Origin: Verrucomicrobiota bacterium
GTDB lineage: Bacteria > Verrucomicrobiota > Verrucomicrobiia > Limisphaerales > SXQI01
Direction of reading: 5' to 3'
Assembly (NCBI GenBank): GCA_033762115.1
Contig: JANRLX010000031.1
Coordinates: 1 to 47,557 of the forward strand
DNA length: 47,557 nt
Shown here: in pieces, positions 1 through 7,129 of the stretch
How the letters are laid out: each line of letters opens with the position of its first letter
Position numbering within the stretch: the first letter of the stretch is position 1
Translations under genes and position numbers: made by a program
The notes under the pieces: model-generated
The model's input: the letters and a program-made list of their open reading frames with translations, nothing else
Databases searched by the model: none
Told to the model about the DNA's origin: nothing

Positions 1-157
<157 letters not shown>

Positions 158-159
158 TC

Positions 160-188
160 AGGTTATGAAACCTTGTTCACCCTGTCAA
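160..188 (-). promoter_or_regulatory. Sigma70-type promoter for the pseudopilin gene
   Basis: Minus strand TTGACA (188-183), 17 nt spacer, TAACCT (165-160); about 20 nt upstream of the ATG. Confidence 0.6.
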
Positions 189-224
189 CCTAGCGGAAAA
201 AGGAAGTTCCTCCCACTGTGCGTT

Positions 225-1148
225 TTACCGCACATCATGTTTCCGGGGGGATTCCCGTGGTGTTTCGGGAGAGGCAGCGACAAAATCGGTCAGACTGCGG
301 GATCCTTTTGGAAGGAGGGTAATTCGTGCTTCCCCATCGATCAGCCGTTGAGCTTCCAGGACATCGAAAAGAGCAGCGCTGATGTCAGGGTCCTGAGTGA
401 TACGGGTGAGTGAGGAACCGACGATCTGAGGGCGAATGGCGGCAGCTTTGGCGAATTCGATTGCAGCCATTCTTTCGGCTGTGCTGGTAATGATACTTAC
501 CTGGTTGGCACCATCCTGCTTGATGGCGGAGGTGACCTGGCGAAGGCGGTTGACGACTTTGCTTTCGATCTGCTTGATCATGGCGTGATCGCGGAAATGG
601 ACTTTCCGAATGTAAACGGAGCCGAGTTTATAGCCCCATTCATGGGATTTGGGAGAGACTTCAGCCCGCACGGTGCGGCTCATCTGATGGCGATTGGTCA
701 TCATTTCAGCCAGGGGCATGTTGCTGAGGCAGCGAACGGTGGAGTTGCTGACATTGGCAGAGAGGGAACCGCGCGGGTCGGTATTTTTGAAGAGGTAATC
801 AACGGGATTGCTAATAAACATTTCATACCAGATCCCGATGCCCACGGGAGCACCTTCTTCAGAATTGACAGGCTGACTGCGGAGATATTCCTGGTCCAGT
901 CGCATATCCAGGACATGGCGTCGGCCCAATAATTTGATGACCACGCCGCGCCAGCCGAGTTTGCCCCAGAGAAAATGAAGGCCTGGCTCATCGATGATGG
1001 CAACCACCTTCCCGAAGAGCATGTAAACATGGCAGCGCCGCTCCTTGACGATATCGTAGAAACCGAACAGCTTTATAATCCCAAGGAGGAGCGGGAGGGC
1101 GACTGAAAGAAGGATAAAGGTGATAAACGCAACGAGGAGTGTGGTCAT
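225..1148 (-). CDS. SPFH (band 7/stomatin/HflC-like) domain membrane protein
   Basis: 307 aa; N-terminal TM helix, FGKV..IIDEPGLHF motif, WGYKLGSVYIRKV, Ala-rich coiled C-terminus. Confidence 0.8.
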   Translation of the reverse strand: MTTLLVAFITFILLSVALPLLLGIIKLFGFYDIVKERRCHVYMLFGKVVAIIDEPGLHFLWGKLGWRGVVIKLLGRRHVLDMRLDQEYLRSQPVNSEEGAPVGIGIWYEMFISNPVDYLFKNTDPRGSLSANVSNSTVRCLSNMPLAEMMTNRHQMSRTVRAEVSPKSHEWGYKLGSVYIRKVHFRDHAMIKQIESKVVNRLRQVTSAIKQDGANQVSIITSTAERMAAIEFAKAAAIRPQIVGSSLTRITQDPDISAALFDVLEAQRLIDGEARITLLPKGSRSLTDFVAASPETPRESPRKHDVR

Positions 1149-1149
1149 A

Positions 1150-2160
1150 TCAAGGTTCCATCTCGATGAAAGCTCGTTCAGCTTCGCTGAAAATTCTCAA
1201 GCGGGCATTGCGGACATAGCCCCCGAGGGCTTCGGGACCCGCTTTTTTTAATTCGGTGAGTTGGGCGGAAAGTTTTTCAAGGGGCTCGATTTCCGCCTGG
1301 GCTTTGAGGGTTTCGATTTCGACGGCGCGACGTGACTGGACGATTTTTTGATCGGCTGCGGCCTGGGCCAGGCTGATATCGGAGGAAACCTGGTTATGGG
1401 CAGTGTTGATGGCGGCGAGAGCGGATTCCACTTCAGCTGGGGGATCGATCCCGGTAATTAAGGAGGCATCGAGGACCATGCCATAACGGGCGGCGGAGGA
1501 GGCGCATTCCTTGTCCATGTGCTCATTGAGGTCGCGCAGGTTTTTTCGAAGATCGTTAATGGAAATGCCAGCCGCGCTGGCGATGTCTCCACTGTCAGTC
1601 AGCGCTTCAGGAGAGTTTGTTGCAGGAGGAGCTTCAAAGGTGGCGATCCGTTCGCGCAACACGGAAACGAAATATCCCATGACATGAGCGATGGGGTTCT
1701 TGACCCCGAAAAGATAGGCGTAAAGGTTGCGTTCCGAGACGCGGTAACGAATCTGGCCGGTCAATCCAGTGTTCAACTGGTCCTTGGTGACCGCTTCCAG
1801 AAGAGTGCCGCCCTGGTTGGCGGAGGGTTGCTGGGGGTCGAAGGCCATATTGATGGTTTCGGTGGCGATGGAGACTTTATGGACCTTTTCCCAGGGCCAT
1901 TTGAAGTATGGACCTCCGGGTGGGATGACCACGACCTGGGGATAAACATACCGTTCCCGTTCATCCCCATGCAGCGATTCGGCGATGGGATCCTGAAGTG
2001 TGGTGGCGTCGGGAATGCGCTGGGCGCGACCGAAGCTGGTTTTGACGGCACGCTCGTTTTGATCGACGGTGAAAAAGCCGGAGAGAACACAACGTACCGC
2101 GAACCAAACGAATGCCCCAATGATCACTCCGCCCAAAATGGCCGTAGTTGTGAATTGCAC
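1150..2160 (-). CDS. SPFH (band 7/HflK-like) domain membrane protein
   Basis: 336 aa; N-terminal TM, FTVDQNERAV..SFG, PGGPYFKWPW, TKD, ITGIDPP.EV..A, coiled-coil. Confidence 0.85.
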   Translation of the reverse strand: MQFTTTAILGGVIIGAFVWFAVRCVLSGFFTVDQNERAVKTSFGRAQRIPDATTLQDPIAESLHGDERERYVYPQVVVIPPGGPYFKWPWEKVHKVSIATETINMAFDPQQPSANQGGTLLEAVTKDQLNTGLTGQIRYRVSERNLYAYLFGVKNPIAHVMGYFVSVLRERIATFEAPPATNSPEALTDSGDIASAAGISINDLRKNLRDLNEHMDKECASSAARYGMVLDASLITGIDPPAEVESALAAINTAHNQVSSDISLAQAAADQKIVQSRRAVEIETLKAQAEIEPLEKLSAQLTELKKAGPEALGGYVRNARLRIFSEAERAFIEMEP

Positions 2161-2194
2161 GGGGCTTTCATAGCAGAAGCTGAAATTAACACCA

Positions 2195-2228
2195 ACAAAA
2201 AAGCCCTCCGCAGAGGGAGGGCTTTTGT
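2195..2228 (-). terminator. Rho-independent terminator of rpoD (bidirectional-looking)
   Basis: aaaaaaGCCCTCC-gcagag-GGAGGGCtttt: GC stem flanked by A and T runs, about 15 nt past the rpoD stop. Confidence 0.85.
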
Positions 2229-2242
2229 CGAGAAGAAAAGTG

Positions 2243-4141
2243 TTACACGACTTCGTCGGTTTCGAGGAAGCCTTGAAGGTGGCGGATCCGGGTTGGATGA
2301 CGGAGTTTTCGCAAACCCTTGGCTTCGATCTGGCGAATGCGTTCGCGAGTCACCTTGAACTGCTTGCCGATCTCCTCGAGAGTGCGAGCATAGCCATCGA
2401 CGAGGCCGAAGCGAAGTTCGAGAATTTTACGTTCCCGTTCGGTCAGGCTGCAAAGGACGTCAGCCAGCTTGCTTTTCAGCAAACTGTAGCTGGTCATGTC
2501 CATGGGGTTTTCGGCTTTTTTATCTTCAATGAAGTCGCCGAAATTAGCTTCATCACTGTCCCCAACGGGGGATTGCAACGAGATCGGTTGCTGGGCCATT
2601 TTGAGGATGGCGCGAACGCGATCGACCGGCAGTTCCATTTCGTCCGCAATTTCCTCTGGGGTTGGCTCGCGGCCATAATCCTGCACCAACTGCTTCTGCA
2701 CGCGCATGAGCTTGTTGATGACTTCGATCATGTGCACGGGAATACGAATCGTGCGGGCCTGGTCAGCGACTGAGCGGGTGATGGCCTGGCGAATCCACCA
2801 GGTGGCATAGGTGGAGAACTTGAAACCGCGGCGGTATTCGAATTTTTCGACACCTTTCATCAGGCCCATGTTTCCTTCCTGGATCAGGTCGAGAAAGGAG
2901 AGGCCGCGATTGGTGTATTTTTTTGCAATGGAGATCACAAGGCGCAGGTTGGCCTCGACCATCTCAGTCTTTGCCTGGTGCGCCTTGTTGGCGAAATTCT
3001 TTAGTTCGGAATAGGCATGCAGGTATTGCTGGCTTGGCATGCGGACGAATTCCTCCAGCGCTTTGATCTTCCGTTGTTCGGACTGGATGATCATCTGCTT
3101 TTGCTGGGAATTCTTCTGTTGCTCAAAATCCTGAATGACTTTGAGGCTGGCCTGTATTTTGTCGTGAATGTTGTCGGCAACGAGGGCCATTTCCTCGAGG
3201 ACTTTTTGCTTGTAAAAGAACTTGGCGAAGGTTTTTTGCAGTTTGGCGTCAGCCTTGCCGAATTCCTGGTGGAATTTTTCCTGTTTGGAAGAGGCATTCT
3301 GCCAGGAGGCGTATTTATCATCCACTTCCTGATCGAGTTTGCGGACGAGCTTGACGAGGCGGCGTAATTCCTTGAGGTGAGCATCGCGACTGTCCACCTT
3401 TTTATCGACGATGACGCGGTCAAAGCGTTCTTTGGGAGGTTCGGAAATCAGTTTTTCGGCAAGGGCGATATGCTCTTTGCCGGTGAAGCCAAAGCTATAA
3501 ATAATGCTTTTGACCTGGTTTTCTGCTTCTTCGATGCGTTTGCAAATTTCGACTTCCTGTTCGCGGGTGAGGAGAGGGACCTGTCCCATCTGCTTGAGGT
3601 ACATCCGGACTGGATCATCCAGGATGTCGAGGCGCATTTTGGAATCTTCCTTGTTTTCATCCTCATCCGGCTCGGGTTGCTTGACGACGTCCACCTCAGC
3701 CTGATCAACGATTTCGACATCCAAATTATGCAATTTGGTGTAGATCTCATCCAGATCGTCGGGAGTGACGTTATCCGGGAGGGCATCATTGATATCATTG
3801 TAAGTGAGGTAACCCTGTTCCTTGGCAAGGCGAACGAGTTCCTTGACCTTTTCCGTCAGGTCGAGGACGCCATCGACTTTTGCCCCGGGAATGCCGTTGG
3901 GGAGTTGGCCATTGGGGGCGACTGGATGTCCTTGAGGAGCGCCGTTGATGTCAGCAGCAGCGCCATTTTTTGAGGCGCCCGGTTTGCCATGCGGTGGTCT
4001 TGGGTGGGTCTTTCGATCCGGTTCGACAACGGCCTTGAGGGCCTTGGCTTTTGCAGGGGCAGGGGCGTGAATTTTCGCCGTCGCTTTGCGTGGTTTCGTT
4101 TTCGAAATTGATACGGGGCGTTTGGCCGTCGCTTTAACCAT
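2243..4141 (-). CDS. rpoD: RNA polymerase primary sigma factor RpoD (sigma70)
   Basis: Region 1.1 ([13 protein letters not shown]), 1.2 (DPVRMYL), 2 ([25 protein letters not shown]), 4 ([17 protein letters not shown]). Start moved to ATG 4141, downstream of the predicted promoter (the track's TTG start is 4165). Confidence 0.97.
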   Translation of the reverse strand: MVKATAKRPVSISKTKPRKATAKIHAPAPAKAKALKAVVEPDRKTHPRPPHGKPGASKNGAAADINGAPQGHPVAPNGQLPNGIPGAKVDGVLDLTEKVKELVRLAKEQGYLTYNDINDALPDNVTPDDLDEIYTKLHNLDVEIVDQAEVDVVKQPEPDEDENKEDSKMRLDILDDPVRMYLKQMGQVPLLTREQEVEICKRIEEAENQVKSIIYSFGFTGKEHIALAEKLISEPPKERFDRVIVDKKVDSRDAHLKELRRLVKLVRKLDQEVDDKYASWQNASSKQEKFHQEFGKADAKLQKTFAKFFYKQKVLEEMALVADNIHDKIQASLKVIQDFEQQKNSQQKQMIIQSEQRKIKALEEFVRMPSQQYLHAYSELKNFANKAHQAKTEMVEANLRLVISIAKKYTNRGLSFLDLIQEGNMGLMKGVEKFEYRRGFKFSTYATWWIRQAITRSVADQARTIRIPVHMIEVINKLMRVQKQLVQDYGREPTPEEIADEMELPVDRVRAILKMAQQPISLQSPVGDSDEANFGDFIEDKKAENPMDMTSYSLLKSKLADVLCSLTERERKILELRFGLVDGYARTLEEIGKQFKVTRERIRQIEAKGLRKLRHPTRIRHLQGFLETDEVV

Positions 4142-4177
4142 AGTTCGTGATGCTGAAATCAACAAAAATAGCCGGGA

Positions 4178-4205
4178 ATTGTGTCTGCTGTGGTCTGGAA
4201 GTCAA
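4178..4205 (-). promoter_or_regulatory. Sigma70-type promoter of rpoD
   Basis: Minus strand TTGACT-16 nt-CACAAT. Confidence 0.5.
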
Positions 4206-4518
4206 GCATTAGCATGGGAGAAAACTTTACGGAAAAAGGAGAGTGTTTGATGAACACCCCTTCCGAGCAGAGGACCTGGATGAATGGTTTCAATGTTTGC
4301 TCAATGCCCTGGCCGAAAACTTCAGCCATTAAAACTGAGCATATAAAATAGCGGAAGAGTGCCCAATTGCAATTGACCGTCTGCAAAAACCGAAATTTTT
4401 CATTTAAAGTGTTTCAGGGGAACTGGTTGCAGCATTAAAGGTGATTTTCCTTGATGGCAGGAGGATGGAGCGGGTTTCTGTGGACAGGAAAACTGTTCAA
4501 AGGCAGGTTGTCTGACTG

Positions 4519-5148
4519 GTGAAACGAAGCGGGTTTACTCTAGTAGAGTTGCTGGTGGTGATTGCGGTTATCGCGATTCTGACAGGAGTCCTGTTGCCGG
4601 CGATCTCAAAGGCCAAGTCCAGGACTTTGTCGACAGTATGTTTGAACCAGCTTCGGCAAATTGGGCTGGCCTCCCAGATGTATGCCAATGACCATGACGA
4701 ACTGCTGCCGCAATCGCAGCATGTCAGGTCTTCCTGGATTGGGACCTTGAAGCCTTACCTGGGTGGGACGAACGTGTATCGCTGCCCTGTGGATAAACGC
4801 ACAAACAGCCCAAGCGGATATGCGATCAACGATTATCTGACTTTGAGGCGAAGCGGATTTGCCCACCTGGATTTTTCAAAAATTTCGCGCATCCCATCAC
4901 CGCTTGAGACGATGCATATGACTGAAACGGCGGAAGAGTTCGATGGAGGGGACCATTTTCATTTTGCTGATTTCGACACCGGAAATTTTGATACTAACCT
5001 GTTTGCGTATCAGGTGAGTGTGGGAAGGCATCAGCATGGGGCCAATTACCTGTTTGTGGATTCACATGTGGAGCGCTTGTCCTGGGTCAATGTTCGTGCG
5101 TTCCTTGCCAAGCCGGGATCACGATTCATCCATCCGGGAGGGCAGTGA
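4519..5148 (+). CDS. Prepilin-type N-terminal cleavage/methylation protein with H-X9-DG-like C-terminal motif (DUF1559-like pseudopilin)
   Basis: [52 protein letters not shown]. Confidence 0.9.
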   Translation: MKRSGFTLVELLVVIAVIAILTGVLLPAISKAKSRTLSTVCLNQLRQIGLASQMYANDHDELLPQSQHVRSSWIGTLKPYLGGTNVYRCPVDKRTNSPSGYAINDYLTLRRSGFAHLDFSKISRIPSPLETMHMTETAEEFDGGDHFHFADFDTGNFDTNLFAYQVSVGRHQHGANYLFVDSHVERLSWVNVRAFLAKPGSRFIHPGGQ

Positions 5149-5186
5149 TGATTGGGGGGTTGACTTCATTAATTTACGAAATTCAA

Positions 5187-6017
5187 ATGACTCAGATGAA
5201 ACGGTGGTGCGGCATTTTATTTTTCATCGCAATGGTTTGCCAGCAGATCATGGGGCACGATCACCTGAATGCCGGGGCTGTTGCTCCGGAGGAAGGGAGC
5301 AGGCTGGTTTTTCAAAATGGAAGCAGTTACGAAACAAATTCCGGCTATTTTTTTCACCTGATCCCATCCACGACGAGTTCGTTTTATCGTGGGCAATATT
5401 TTATTGGAGCGCCATTTACGGCACTGGCAGCAACTTCCGATCTGGGAGGTCCCGCGGCGGGGCATGCAGCCCTCGGTTCCTATATTGAGCTGGAGTTTGT
5501 TTCCTTGAGCGGACCGGAGGGGGGACGGTTTTCGCTTTGGGAGACGCTTTCTGCTATCGACGAGGTTGTTCTGCTCAGCCTGGAGGCGGGAACGACGAAT
5601 GGCTCCGCGCGAATCAACTTGAGTGACAGCGATAAATCTCCCGGTTCTGACCCCTGGGGGCATATTCATGGCAGGAAGATGGTTGTTGATAAACCGGGTC
5701 TTTATACCATCGGGGTCAGATTGATCGATAGTTCCTCCAACGGGGCTGGAAACCAGCCGATCCATACTCCATCTGAGATTTACTATTTTCACCTGCTTAC
5801 TTTGAACAGCATTGCCGGGTTCAGGCTGGATGAAGAAAATGAAGCCATTGTTGTGGGAGTGACGCCCGGACGGACATTTCAATTGGAATTTACAGGGGGG
5901 ATCGGAAGCGGGTGGAATGCCATCGGTGAGCCGCTCAGTTCTCCAGAGAACCGGTTGATCGAGGTGATGCAGCCGAAAGCTGAAACGAACCGAATTTATC
6001 GATTGCGGATTGAGTGA
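5187..6017 (+). CDS. Secreted His-motif hypothetical protein
   Basis: Signal-peptide-like MKRWCGILFFIAMVC..., then HDHLNAG, GHAALG, DPWGHIHGR. Start is uncertain (5145, 5187 or 5196). Confidence 0.75.
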   Translation: MTQMKRWCGILFFIAMVCQQIMGHDHLNAGAVAPEEGSRLVFQNGSSYETNSGYFFHLIPSTTSSFYRGQYFIGAPFTALAATSDLGGPAAGHAALGSYIELEFVSLSGPEGGRFSLWETLSAIDEVVLLSLEAGTTNGSARINLSDSDKSPGSDPWGHIHGRKMVVDKPGLYTIGVRLIDSSSNGAGNQPIHTPSEIYYFHLLTLNSIAGFRLDEENEAIVVGVTPGRTFQLEFTGGIGSGWNAIGEPLSSPENRLIEVMQPKAETNRIYRLRIE

Positions 6018-7129
6018 ACGAAATCGATTTATTGCCCGAGGCCATTGAGTTGGCAGGGGTCAATCATGTAAAGGTCAGGATTAAGTCCGGTCCCAGAAAG
6101 CTTTTATATTTTGGAGGGTGCGACTATTTCCGCCTTGCCCGATCAGGAATCATGGGAAGGGCATTGATTCGGGCCGCAGCATCTCAGATGTCTGTTTCGG
6201 CTTCTCGAATGACGACCGGGAATCACCCCCTTTATACGGAAGTAGAGCAGAAAATGGCCCGCTTTTTTGCAGCAGAATTTGCTTTGATCGTTTCCAATGG
6301 TTATTTGACGAACCTCATCGCAGCGCAAGGGATGGCAGGGGATTTTGGCCAGGTCTGGATAGATGCCAGAGCGCATGCTTCCTTGCAGGATGCGGCGTTG
6401 CATTTGAAGGCAGGAAAAATTCTGAAATTTGAGCATCGATCCTCCTCAGGTGTGGCCAAACTTTACCGGAAGCTGCCCTCTGGAAGCCGGGCGATTCTGC
6501 TAACAGACGGAATGTTTCCTGTGGATGGGGCAGTCGCGCCACTTGCTGAATATGTCAAGGTGACCGCTTCGGAGCGGGTTTGGTTGATGATTGATGATGC
6601 GCATGCGGCAGGGGTCCTGGGAGAGAACGGAAGAGGAACGATTGAGCACTGGGGGATTAAACGGGAGCGGGTGATTCAAACCGTGACTTTGGGGAAGGCT
6701 TTTGGCGCCTTTGGCGGCGCAATTATTGGAGGGAAGGAGTTTTGCAGAAAGGTGGTTGTTAAAAGCCGGGCTTTTACCGGCAGCACTCCGCCTCCATTGC
6801 CGTTCATGGCAGTGGCCAAAAAAAGCATTTCGATCCTTGCGCACCCTCGTTTAAGAAACGCTTTGCATAACCGTTGCGATCATCTGGCCAGTGAACTTGA
6901 AAAGGGTGGATTTAAATGGGAACGGAACCCTGGGCCGATCCTTTTTATTCCGATGAAGGATGAACAATCTGCTTCAAGAATGAGAGGGCGATTGTTGAAA
7001 GCAGGGATTTATCCTTCACTTCTCCGATATCCGGGAGGGGGTTCGGAGATTTATTTCCGCTTTGTTATTTCAAGTTCGCACACACCGGGGCAACTCAGCA
7101 CCCTGGCGCATGCGGTGTGTTCAGTTTAG
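6014..7129 (+). CDS. bioF: PLP-dependent alpha-oxoamine synthase (8-amino-7-oxononanoate synthase BioF-like, class II aminotransferase)
   Basis: F.GCDYF, SR..TG, NGYLTN, HASL.D, TDGMF..DG, DDAHAAG..G, TLGKAFG..GG (PLP lysine). Exact substrate is not determinable from sequence. Confidence 0.7.
   Translation: MNEIDLLPEAIELAGVNHVKVRIKSGPRKLLYFGGCDYFRLARSGIMGRALIRAAASQMSVSASRMTTGNHPLYTEVEQKMARFFAAEFALIVSNGYLTNLIAAQGMAGDFGQVWIDARAHASLQDAALHLKAGKILKFEHRSSSGVAKLYRKLPSGSRAILLTDGMFPVDGAVAPLAEYVKVTASERVWLMIDDAHAAGVLGENGRGTIEHWGIKRERVIQTVTLGKAFGAFGGAIIGGKEFCRKVVVKSRAFTGSTPPPLPFMAVAKKSISILAHPRLRNALHNRCDHLASELEKGGFKWERNPGPILFIPMKDEQSASRMRGRLLKAGIYPSLLRYPGGGSEIYFRFVISSSHTPGQLSTLAHAVCSV

Noticed and set aside
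1519..3973. Long plus-strand ORFs opposite the SPFH gene and rpoD (1519-2358, 2225-2773, 3017-3367, 3377-3973)
   Set aside because: Antisense shadows of well-supported genes, caused by codon bias; no motifs
4159..4386. 75 aa minus-strand ORF upstream of rpoD
   Set aside because: TTG start, overlaps the predicted rpoD promoter, no recognisable features
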